From a virus (lineage: Duplodnaviria > Caudoviricetes): a DNA stretch of 33,319 bases. A model generated the notes under the pieces. That model was not told where the DNA came from and ran no database searches. It saw only the letters and a program-made list of their open reading frames with translations. The stretch spans positions 1 to 33,319 of IMG/VR virus record IMGVR_UViG_3300010376_000094, one strand, 5' to 3'. Both the position numbers and the translations under genes were made by a program. This document shows positions 17,722-25,481 of the stretch, piece after piece (the first letter of the stretch is position 1; each line of letters starts with the position of its first letter).

Positions 17722-19118
17722 GTGGTCACCTGCTGCATTTCGGCGTTGCTCAGCACGCGCGGCCAGTAGCGGAACCGGCGCATGTAGCCGTTCAGCATCC
17801 ATGCACCGAGCGTCGGATTGGCGCCCCCTAGGACCACACGATTGATACCAGTTGGTGCCGTTGTGCCGCTGGCAGCGTTAGTAAGAGCGCCACCATTCAG
17901 CATCAGACCCCAAGCCGGACCGTAGGTTATGGCGACTTTGCTGATCGCGCCGAGCGTTACGCTGTTGGCTGTGCCGACGTTCAACTGATTGACGTTGTTG
18001 GCTTGTCCAAATCCAGACGCGGCGTTGGCTCCTGGTCCGAACATGACCTCGGCCAGATTATTATTGGAACCATCATCAGCCCTGAATACGCCAGCTTGCG
18101 TTCCACTCGCAGGAACCTGTGCCATCGAGAAGTCACCAACGAACGAGCCAGCGCTCTGGCTATACCAGGCGCTGGTGGCTGCCGTTGCCACATCAGCGCT
18201 GCGTGTGACCGACGCTGCCACCGTGGCGATGTAGGACGTGGGGAATGCACCCGCCTCCAGTTGAGCATTCAGCACAGAGCCGGACACGGTGAGTGTCAGG
18301 GTGCCGGCGGTTGGCGTGAATGTCTGGGACACACGCGCCGGGAACGCGCCGCTCCCAACCAGAGCGCCGGACGCCGTGCCCGATTTCGTAATCGTGCCGG
18401 TGCCATAGAACGACAGCGTATATGCCTGCGCCGTGACGGCGACGCTCTGGGTTCCTAGCGTGGCGCTATTCAGCAGGATGTTGGTCCGCGCTTCCTCGAT
18501 CAGTAGCCCCAACGGCGCGTGCGTGATCGGATCATAGTCAAAGCGCGGCACATCGCTCGCTGCCGTCTGCAACGTGCCGTTCACATCGAAATAGGTGCCT
18601 GTGCTGGCCCGGGTAAACGTCACCCGCGGATCGAGCGGGCCGCCCAGGAACGACATATCCAGCGACGCCAAGCCGGCACTCGGCCCCCACGCGCTGCCGG
18701 TCCAGTTGTAGACCGCGACGCCGTCCAGCACGCCGTAGGGCGTCGGCACCGACGCACGCGCCTGCCCCGCCGGTTGCCAGTTCGTGCCGTCCCAACTGAA
18801 CGCTGCCACACCGCGCAACGTGCCGGACGGTGTGCCCGCGCCTGTCCTGCCGCTGGCCGGCGTCCACGCACTACCGGACCATGTATAGACAGCCACGCCG
18901 TCGAGCACGCCTGTAGGCGTTGCCACGTCGGGCATGGTGCGGCCCGCCGGTTGCCACGCCGTGCCATCGAAGTTGCACAGCGCCACGCCGTCGAGCACGC
19001 CACCGGCTATGCCGACGCTGGACGCGGCACGGCCAGCTGGTTGCCAGGCCGCGCCGTCCCAGGAGAACCCAGCGACGCCGGTGAGTACGCCGCTGGGGGT
19101 TGCAACACTGAGGCCCAT
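17718..19118 (-). CDS. Head spike/fibre-like protein with N-terminal tandem repeats and C-terminal lectin (ConA/LamG-like) domain
   Basis: Five ~30-aa repeats; TFTRASTGTYFD...PRFDYDP...GLLIEEARTN...QLEAGAFPTSYIAT...TRSAD; ends NGYMRRFRYWPRVLSNAEMQ. Confidence 0.75.
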   Translation of the reverse strand: MGLSVATPSGVLTGVAGFSWDGAAWQPAGRAASSVGIAGGVLDGVALCNFDGTAWQPAGRTMPDVATPTGVLDGVAVYTWSGSAWTPASGRTGAGTPSGTLRGVAAFSWDGTNWQPAGQARASVPTPYGVLDGVAVYNWTGSAWGPSAGLASLDMSFLGGPLDPRVTFTRASTGTYFDVNGTLQTAASDVPRFDYDPITHAPLGLLIEEARTNILLNSATLGTQSVAVTAQAYTLSFYGTGTITKSGTASGALVGSGAFPARVSQTFTPTAGTLTLTVSGSVLNAQLEAGAFPTSYIATVAASVTRSADVATAATSAWYSQSAGSFVGDFSMAQVPASGTQAGVFRADDGSNNNLAEVMFGPGANAASGFGQANNVNQLNVGTANSVTLGAISKVAITYGPAWGLMLNGGALTNAASGTTAPTGINRVVLGGANPTLGAWMLNGYMRRFRYWPRVLSNAEMQQVTT

Positions 19119-19531
19119 CAGGCTGACAGCACGCCGAACCAGGCGCCCTGGAGCGGCGAGAACAGCATCATCGACTTGCCCGCCGCCAGCGCGATGCCGG
19201 TGCCCGCCGCCACCCCGTTGATAGTGTCGCTGCCGGCGGCATTGGCGAACAGCTGTGACGATGCCGCGCCACCGTTGGTGACCAGCAGCGTCTGGCCGCC
19301 CATGGCCGGAGGCAACATGCAGCTATCGGCGGTCGTAGCGCAGACCGCGATGAGGGTTTGTTGCGTCGTGATCGGCGTCGCGGCGGCCCGCGTGCCACCG
19401 GCGTGCGCGGTGATCGAGGCCGCGGTCCATCCGTTGCCGTTCAGAATGCCCGTGAGGTCATGCATCCCTGTGCCAAGGTTGTATTGGATGGTGCGGCCTG
19501 ACGGGTAGGTCGTGGTCGGATACTGCGCCAT
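19118..19531 (-). CDS. Putative capsid decoration protein
   Basis: 137 aa small-residue beta-rich ORF directly after the capsid gene; GAGGAGG RBS. Confidence 0.6.
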   Translation of the reverse strand: MAQYPTTTYPSGRTIQYNLGTGMHDLTGILNGNGWTAASITAHAGGTRAAATPITTQQTLIAVCATTADSCMLPPAMGGQTLLVTNGGAASSQLFANAAGSDTINGVAAGTGIALAAGKSMMLFSPLQGAWFGVLSA

Positions 19532-19541
19532 GGCACCCTCC

Positions 19542-20693
19542 TCAGTTCGCCATCAGGCGACAGGCCAACTGCGGACGTATGGCCTGGTATCCATACAAAA
19601 TGTCCAGACGGCAGGGCAGCACATCGTTGTTGATGTCATATTGCCGCACGACGCGAATGCTGAGCCCGTCCTTCTGTGCCCTCGCTGCCATGTCGACCCC
19701 GCCCGGCATCACCAAGTCCGCCGTCGCGAAGGTGAATGCATCCGGGTGATAGGCGATGCTGCTACCCGTTGCGGTGCTGGCAGTGCCGGAGAAGGTCAGT
19801 GCGTTGCCCGAGGTCGGCGAGGCGTTGACGTTCTGGTAGGCGCCCGTTGCGGTAATCGCGGGTGCGATCTGCATATTGCCCGCGCCGCCCGCGTAGTTGG
19901 CGGTCAGCACGAACTGCTGCAGCCGGCCGGTGTTGACCTTGGTCTCGGGATGCACGGCGGTGCAGCCGGCAATCGTAAACACATCGCCCGCGTTGCCCGC
20001 GCCGGTGCCGGTGGTGACAGCGAGTGTGCTGCCTGTCTGCCCGCCAGCGCCTACCTGATAGTTTGCCTCGGCGCCGCGCGTGTAGGTCGTGAGGAACGTG
20101 TTCTCGGCCCACTCGAAGCCAGCAGCGAGGCCCATTACGCCATCCACATACTGCCGTGCGATCTGCGTTGACTGCTGGAACAACCCCTTGAGGCTGTCGA
20201 CCATGTCGACATTATCCTGGGTGTTAATTCGCAGCTGCCACTGCTGCGTCTGCGGCGTGAGGTTGTCGAGTAGTGCTTTGCGGGCCAGCAGCACGTTGCG
20301 GAAGGTCTGTGCGACACCCGCGGTGCCAACGAGGTTCCAGACGCTGTTGACCATGGTGAGCGCGTCGGCCTCGACGTTGGCGGCAAGCACGGCGCACGCA
20401 GGCTCCAGGTATCTGGCACTGAAGTCATCGATGTTCAGCGTCAGTTCCTGGGAGCTGAAGCTGAAGTCGACGTGCTTCTGATTGGCGATCGTCAGCGTGG
20501 TGTTGGTTTCCACCGTGTTCTGGATGGCAAGCGTTGGTGTGCTGGCCACGGTGAACTGCACCGGGAGGCGGATGCGGATCGTTGATCCGATCTTGGCGCC
20601 GGAGACGGCGAAGCTGTCGTCATATTGTCTGTTGATGCTGCCGACGAAGTTAAGGCGCTGATGCAATATGGCCAGCGCCTTAGCGGTGATCAT
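19542..20693 (-). CDS. Major capsid protein, exon 2 (P22 coat-like)
   Basis: MITAKALAILHQRLNFVGSINRQYDDSFAVSGAKIGSTIRIRLP...QKHVDFSFSSQELTLNIDDFSARYLEPA...CRLDILYG. Confidence 0.93.
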   Translation of the reverse strand: MITAKALAILHQRLNFVGSINRQYDDSFAVSGAKIGSTIRIRLPVQFTVASTPTLAIQNTVETNTTLTIANQKHVDFSFSSQELTLNIDDFSARYLEPACAVLAANVEADALTMVNSVWNLVGTAGVAQTFRNVLLARKALLDNLTPQTQQWQLRINTQDNVDMVDSLKGLFQQSTQIARQYVDGVMGLAAGFEWAENTFLTTYTRGAEANYQVGAGGQTGSTLAVTTGTGAGNAGDVFTIAGCTAVHPETKVNTGRLQQFVLTANYAGGAGNMQIAPAITATGAYQNVNASPTSGNALTFSGTASTATGSSIAYHPDAFTFATADLVMPGGVDMAARAQKDGLSIRVVRQYDINNDVLPCRLDILYGYQAIRPQLACRLMAN

Positions 20694-20934
20694 CCATGTG
20701 TTCGGTCGCGCTCGCTAGGCGCGGCCCGCTTGCGGCTGCAAGCTGCTGCATATTCCTATGCAGAGCAGACTATCTCATCATCCGTTTGCACGGAGCCGGG
20801 CGCTTCGGGCCGCTTGGCCCTACTGGCTTGCGCCATAGTCGTTACACCTTCTCCCGTTGCGGGGAGCTTGGCTCGGTATTGTCCGTTCTGGAGGTTCACC
20901 GAATTCACCCGGTTTTACATCAACCCGATCAAAA
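20694..20934 (-). ncRNA. Group I intron (ORF-less, 241 nt, IA-like) in the major capsid gene
   Basis: 5' exon ends in U paired to G in P1 (ACAUCAAU/GUUGAUGU); terminal G; P3 CCGGGUG/CGCCCGG; P4 UUCGGU/ACCGAG; P7 GACUA/UAGUC; P/Q/R/S-like core; removal restores the reading frame. Confidence 0.92.
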
Positions 20935-20970
20935 ATTGATGTTGAGGAGTGTGTTGGTCGCGGTCGCCAC
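20935..20970 (-). CDS. Major capsid protein, exon 1 (MATATNTLLNIN)
   Basis: AAGGA RBS then GTG; 12 codons that join in frame to MITAKAL, giving the usual NTLL-I-MIT coat N-terminus. Confidence 0.88.
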
Positions 20971-21023
20971 CTGTGGTTGTCCTTATTACAGGACGTGACC
21001 ACTGGTTGTTCTCATCTCAGCTT

Positions 21024-21083
21024 TGGCTTTTCATCAGTCCCGACGACGCATCTGCTGCGCCGCCGGGTGCTGATGAGAAGCCA
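21024..21083 (-). other. 60-nt imperfect hairpin in the capsid leader
   Basis: TGGCTTCTCATCAGCACCCGGCGGCGCA-GCAGA-TGCGTCGTCGGGACTGATGAAAAGCCA. Confidence 0.6.
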
Positions 21084-21215
21084 GTAGGCACGTGATTACG
21101 AAAAGACTGATTGCCGGGCGTTTAGAGGGTCTCCGGCGAGGACCACGCGCGGTTGTTTCAGCTGTTCCGCGATCCAGCGCGCAGTTGGTTTACGTCGTCC
21201 TGCGATCGACGGAGC

Positions 21216-21350
21216 CTATTTCTTGCGCTGGCTCTCGCGCTTCTTCGAGAGGGCTATAGCCACCGCCTGCTTTTGCGGACGGCCAGCCTCGACCTCTCTC
21301 CGAATGTTAGAGGACACCACCTTGGGCGACGTCCCGCGTTTCAGTGGCAT
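21216..21350 (-). CDS. Small basic phage protein (44 aa, not in the ORF track)
   Basis: MPLKRGTSPKVVSSNIRREVEAGRPQKQAVAIALSKKRESQRKK resembles a common head-region MPLKKG...QAVAIAL family; TGATG overlap. Confidence 0.8.
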   Translation of the reverse strand: MPLKRGTSPKVVSSNIRREVEAGRPQKQAVAIALSKKRESQRKK

Positions 21351-21556
21351 CAGCGCTTGCCGTTCTTGCCCAGCACCAGCGCGTCCGTCGCTCTGCCCGT
21401 CGGCATGCTCTTAGACGAGCCGGTATCCCCGCTGGGTGCCTTGTAGGTATCCAGCGCGCCGAGGCGCGAGCGAAACGCCCTCTCGTGCGACTGCATGGCC
21501 CTGTCGCTGCCGGTTGTCGTGCCGGTATCGCAGTGGGGCGGTGCCTTGCCTGCCAT
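21350..21556 (-). CDS. Hypothetical protein
   Basis: 68 aa; GGGA upstream; coupled to the downstream gene. Confidence 0.6.
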   Translation of the reverse strand: MAGKAPPHCDTGTTTGSDRAMQSHERAFRSRLGALDTYKAPSGDTGSSKSMPTGRATDALVLGKNGKR

Positions 21557-21560
21557 GATG

Positions 21561-21701
21561 CTATCCCTTTCCTTGCGCGCGCTTCAGCGCGTCCACGTTG
21601 AGCTTCTCGGGCGTCGGCAGTGGCCGCACCTGGTCGACCTCGGCCACCGTCTTGGCGGTGCTGGGCTTCGGTGCGTCGAAGTTGATGCGTGTCTCGGCCA
21701 T
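21561..21701 (-). CDS. Hypothetical protein (46 aa)
   Basis: GGGAG RBS before MAETRINFDAPK. Confidence 0.55.
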   Translation of the reverse strand: MAETRINFDAPKPSTAKTVAEVDQVRPLPTPEKLNVDALKRAQGKG

Positions 21702-21741
21702 GTCATTACTCCCGTTCGGCGTGCTGCGGCCTGACAGGCCG

Positions 21742-22454
21742 TCAAGCATTGCGCCGCCGCTCCTGCGCCTGCTTCATGTAGTAATCGACCAGCTTGTTCG
21801 GATCGGTCTCGAGATGCGGGTCGTAGCGTGTCTGCGCCCGCCCGCTGACCGGCTTCGGTGGCGCGGGAACCTTGCTGATGTTGCGTGCCGGCTGTGCCTC
21901 CAGTTTGGCGGCATACTGGCCGAGCGCGATCGCCCGTGCCCGCTCGCCGCGCAACGAAGCGATGTGCATCAGCGCATCCGGGTCCTCGTGCAGCGCGCCG
22001 CGATCTTGTGGCCCTCCGGCATCTCCACCAGCAGCGCGGCAATCTGTGCATCGGCCCCCATGCCTTGCAGCTCGTTGCAGCGCTGCGTCCAGTCCGGATA
22101 AGCATCGCGCCCGGCCTGATGGAATGAGTTGATGCGATCCTGCAGACGCCGCTCCTCGGCCCGCCGGTCGGCCTCCTGGTTGATGGCGGCCTCGAGCTGC
22201 GGATCGGGCGGAGGCGCCGGCTGCCCTCCATTGCGCACCTGCGCTTCAAGGGCAGCCAGCCGGGCGGCCATTTGGTCACGCTCACGGGCCGCGGTGCCGA
22301 GTTGTGCCCGCAGCGCGCCGATGCGGCGGTTGAACCGGCTCTCCTCTTCCGGCGGCTTCGGCTCCGGTTGCTCCGGAGCGGATGTTTCCGGCGCCTCTGG
22401 GGCCTCACCAGGGGCCTCGGTCTCTTGCCCCTGTTGTTCTTCTGTCTCGCTCAT
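21742..22454 (-). pseudogene. Scaffolding protein, split by a 1-nt frameshift near 21997
   Basis: Acidic Pro-rich N-terminus and coiled coil; the frame switch at ATCGCGGCGCGCTG gives HKIAA..LHEDPDALMHIASL...ISKVPAPPKPVSG; position between portal and capsid. Confidence 0.75.
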
Positions 22455-22648
22455 CAGTGCCGCTGTGGGGCCTCCTGGCGCGGGTGATGCTGAGCGCGGT
22501 GTTCGGTGACCGCCTCGGCAACCTTCAGCTTCGTCTCATCGACGCGCACATAGCCGTCGCCAACCTCGGTTGCCGGATGCAGTGGCGGCGGGTCGGTATC
22601 AAAGATGTTTGGCAGGATGCCGGGCGGCAGCGGTGGCTTATCAGGCAT
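22454..22648 (-). CDS. Hypothetical protein
   Basis: GAGGTG RBS; coupled to the scaffold gene. Confidence 0.55.
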   Translation of the reverse strand: MPDKPPLPPGILPNIFDTDPPPLHPATEVGDGYVRVDETKLKVAEAVTEHRAQHHPRQEAPQRH

Positions 22649-22651
22649 TGA

Positions 22652-22822
22652 TCACCTCGGGGTTGAGGGTGGCGTGTCGGTAACGCTGAAGTCATCAGGC
22701 GGGGCCTCAAGCGTGCCCACAGTGCCGCGCGTCATGGCGGCGGCGGCTTCCAACTCGAGGATGCGGGCGCGCAGACGCTCGATCTCGGCGAGCGCGTCAG
22801 CCAGCCGCTGATCAGAGTCCAT
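22652..22822 (-). CDS. Hypothetical coiled-coil protein
   Basis: MDSDQRLADALAEIERLRARILELEA. Confidence 0.6.
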   Translation of the reverse strand: MDSDQRLADALAEIERLRARILELEAAAAMTRGTVGTLEAPPDDFSVTDTPPSTPR

Positions 22823-23090
22823 TGTGTCGCTTAGAAGGCCGCCGCCAGCGCGGCTTGCCATTCTTCCCTAATTTGCGGGGCGTGCCGTCGAACCTGTGCC
22901 AACGGTAGAACTCTTTGTCGCGCAACCACCTATTGTGCGCCTCGGCTTCCTCCCGCACCGGATCGGCGATAGACGTAAACCGCACGCCGTATTGCGCCTC
23001 TAGCGCGTCGATTTCATCGCGGATGTATTCCGGCCAAGTGCTCACCTCATCAAACCAAAGGCCGACGAGGCTTGCGTCAGCCAGCCGCTG
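22794..23090. repeat. 17-bp exact direct repeat GCGTCAGCCAGCCGCTG at 22794-22810 and 23074-23090
   Basis: Direct comparison of the two sites. Confidence 0.85.
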
Positions 23091-23108
23091 GTCCGTTTCC
23101 TGTTCCAT
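22812..23108 (-). CDS. Hypothetical protein
   Basis: MEQETDQRLADASLVGLWFDE..., 98 aa, overlaps the portal 3' end. Confidence 0.5.
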   Translation of the reverse strand: MEQETDQRLADASLVGLWFDEVSTWPEYIRDEIDALEAQYGVRFTSIADPVREEAEAHNRWLRDKEFYRWHRFDGTPRKLGKNGKPRWRRPSKRHNGL

Positions 23109-25269
23109 TGCCCTGTGGCTCCGGCGGCGGTGCGGCTGCCTGGATGTTGCCCTGCAGCGCCATTTCCATATCGCCGTGGTGGGCCAGCAGTCCGGGCAAC
23201 TCGGTCTGCAGCATATCTCTGACCATCTGCCGGATGATGACCTGCATAGCATTCGGATCGATGCCGCCGATCGCCTTCAGGCGATCCGTCTCGGCCTTAT
23301 ATTCGTCAATGACCAGGTCATTGCTCTTGTCCTGCAGCAATGTCTGCTGATGCACGACCTGCGCCTTGGGCGTGGCGATCTCGGCATCGGCCTGCTGTGC
23401 CCCTTGCTGCGCTTTCTGGGCAAATTGCTGCGCCTGCTGCATGACGGCCTGCATCTGCGGATCGGGCCCTGGCTTGTATTGCTGCGGCAGGCCCCGCTTC
23501 AGCCGATCAGCCAGTTCATCGGCGCCGGGGAAATCCGAATTGGCCGCCCAGACGTCGCCGAACACCTGCCAGGCGCCGGTCTGCGCCATGATCTGCACCA
23601 GCGCGTTGGCAGTCTCCTGGCGCTGCGTGCCGAATGACGGGCCAACGTCCGCCTCGACGTCGTATCTACCCACGTTCGGGTTGAAGATGACCCGCGGATC
23701 AGGCTGGTTATCGTCGTCCTGCTGCTGATCGGCCTGCCCCTGCGTCAGCTGCTGCCATTGCCCGTTCTGCCCCTGCGCCACCTGCATATGCGACCACGGC
23801 GCGTCGGGGGCCATGACAATATCCTTGTCCGTCCCGTCCTCGTGCATGATCTTCATGGTTCTAGTCGTGTCGTAGACCTTCGGTATTAAATCCAACAATA
23901 TACGGCCAACTTGCCTAATACCTTTCGCCTGGTTATCAATATAATGGTATGTTGCATTATCCCCTTGTCTTTGCCGTTGCTGGATCGCTACGCCACTGCG
24001 CTCATTGCTCGGCATGCCCAGCTCGGCCTGATACTGGCCGGTGACATCGAGCAGGTCCTGCCGCGCCAGCGTCATGCCTTCGATGTAGGCCTGCGCCATG
24101 TTGGGCGGCTCGGCCCGCTGCGGCGGCGGCAGCTGATTGCCGTCATCGTCCACGCTGTTGTAGGGCAGGAACGCGTGGTTGGTGATGTTGGCCGTCTTCC
24201 AGTAGTCCATGTGGCTGCTGATCGACTTCGCATCGGCGATCCACGGCACTTTGCTCTGCAACGCCACCTGCTCAACCGCACTGCTGGCCCAGTAGTTATA
24301 CATCCTCTGTGCATCAATCTGTGACCGCGTGTGTCCTTTGCGGTCCATGATGCCGTCGATCACACTCTCCTCGCCGATGAACGGCACGATCGGAATGTAT
24401 TTGCCCGGCCAGATGCCGCGCTCGGTGATCTTGTCGCCCTCGATGCGATACCAGCTGACACTCGGCTTGGACACATCGCGCGTCTGGGCAATCAGCGGCT
24501 CGTAGACCTCCCGCTGCGCGTCATCGATGTCGCTGTCCTTCAGCACGCGGCCGTCATGCAGCAGGTGGATGCGGTCGGTATCGATGGTGCGGCGCCAGTA
24601 TTGCGCCACGCGCACATGGTCCTTGGCCACCCAGCTATCGCCCGTGTAGTCGAACGGCGCGGGGGCCGGTGCCTCGTGCTCGCCGTGCTCCGCCTCCCAC
24701 TCATCGCGCGGCACGTCCTCGAACACGAAGGCAAAGTGCATGTCGGCCTTGTCGTATTCGGCAGCGTCCGGGTCGAGATAGATGGTATCCGGATTGGATA
24801 CCCGTTTGATGTAGATTTCCAGGTCGAAGCTCTGGTCATCGACATATTCGGTGACGACGCTGACATAGCCGATGCCGCGCTCGACCTGGTGGTAGATCGC
24901 CGTGCTGTAGGCATCCACCGCTTTGCTCTGATACTCGATGCGACGGATGATGCCGCTGAACACCTGCGCTGCTTCGTAGGTTGCCCGGTCACCAGTCGGC
25001 GTCACCTTCACCTGCGTCTTGTTCTGCCGCGCGTCGTTGATGATCTGCAGATTGTGCTGTCTGACCTTGTTATGCGTCAGGCACGGGCGGCCGCGGCGTT
25101 GTCCTTTGATGTCCTCATCCCATTGCCAGCCGTTGTAGACGTCGGCGTTGGCGAATTTGACGTCCATCTCGGCGCGGTGGCGCGCGGTTGCCTCCCACTC
25201 CTGGCAGCGTTCGAAGCGGCGTTTGGCCTCGCGCAGTATCTCGGCATCACCGCGTTGCGGACGGGGCAT
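23077..25269 (-). CDS. Portal protein (P22 gp1-like)
   Basis: QWD...RPCLTHNKVRQH...IINDARQNK; GKYIPIVP; DAQRMYNYW; SNERSGVAIQQRQRQGD; GRYDV..DVGPSFGTQRQE. Confidence 0.92.
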   Translation of the reverse strand: MPRPQRGDAEILREAKRRFERCQEWEATARHRAEMDVKFANADVYNGWQWDEDIKGQRRGRPCLTHNKVRQHNLQIINDARQNKTQVKVTPTGDRATYEAAQVFSGIIRRIEYQSKAVDAYSTAIYHQVERGIGYVSVVTEYVDDQSFDLEIYIKRVSNPDTIYLDPDAAEYDKADMHFAFVFEDVPRDEWEAEHGEHEAPAPAPFDYTGDSWVAKDHVRVAQYWRRTIDTDRIHLLHDGRVLKDSDIDDAQREVYEPLIAQTRDVSKPSVSWYRIEGDKITERGIWPGKYIPIVPFIGEESVIDGIMDRKGHTRSQIDAQRMYNYWASSAVEQVALQSKVPWIADAKSISSHMDYWKTANITNHAFLPYNSVDDDGNQLPPPQRAEPPNMAQAYIEGMTLARQDLLDVTGQYQAELGMPSNERSGVAIQQRQRQGDNATYHYIDNQAKGIRQVGRILLDLIPKVYDTTRTMKIMHEDGTDKDIVMAPDAPWSHMQVAQGQNGQWQQLTQGQADQQQDDDNQPDPRVIFNPNVGRYDVEADVGPSFGTQRQETANALVQIMAQTGAWQVFGDVWAANSDFPGADELADRLKRGLPQQYKPGPDPQMQAVMQQAQQFAQKAQQGAQQADAEIATPKAQVVHQQTLLQDKSNDLVIDEYKAETDRLKAIGGIDPNAMQVIIRQMVRDMLQTELPGLLAHHGDMEMALQGNIQAAAPPPEPQGNGTGNGPAAG

Positions 25270-25481
25270 CAGTCGAGGCTCTCGCGTGTGTTGCTCAGGA
25301 GGGTGCGGGCGATCTTCAGTGCCACGGCCATGCGCTCACGCTCTGCGATGCGCCGCAGTTCAAGGCTCATGTGATAGGTCAGCATGCAGAGGCTATCGGC
25401 GGCGTCCGGCAGATCGCCGGCCATGGTAGCGTCCTGCACCCGCTTGGCGGCGTCCCGGCCTTCGTGGTGACTCGGGGTCAT
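25269..25481 (-). CDS. Hypothetical protein between terL and portal
   Basis: ATGA and TGATG overlaps at both ends. Confidence 0.55.
   Translation of the reverse strand: MTPSHHEGRDAAKRVQDATMAGDLPDAADSLCMLTYHMSLELRRIAERERMAVALKIARTLLSNTRESLD

Noticed and set aside
14775-17802. Long N-terminal extensions in the ORF track (starts at 15050, 17299, 17802)
   Set aside because: They overlap upstream genes in another frame; coupled ATGs at 14774, 16960 and 17721 fit better
7507-19118. Diversity-generating retroelement acting on fibre tips
   Set aside because: No reverse transcriptase and no TR/VR pair differing only at adenines found in the window
20820-21002. 60-aa ORF, and other ORFs over the intron, as an intron-encoded protein
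   Set aside because: No endonuclease motifs; the sequence is fully explained by ribozyme core pairings and exon 1
21030-21110. CUGAUGA motifs on both strands suggesting a hammerhead ribozyme
   Set aside because: No stem II closing onto a GAAA and no properly placed cleavage triplet; the two motifs are simply the arms of one hairpin
8961-25374. Long plus-strand ORFs (e.g. 8961-9926, 12883-13917, 18519-19508, 24331-25374)
   Set aside because: Antisense shadows of GC-rich minus-strand genes, with no recognisable motifs or RBS
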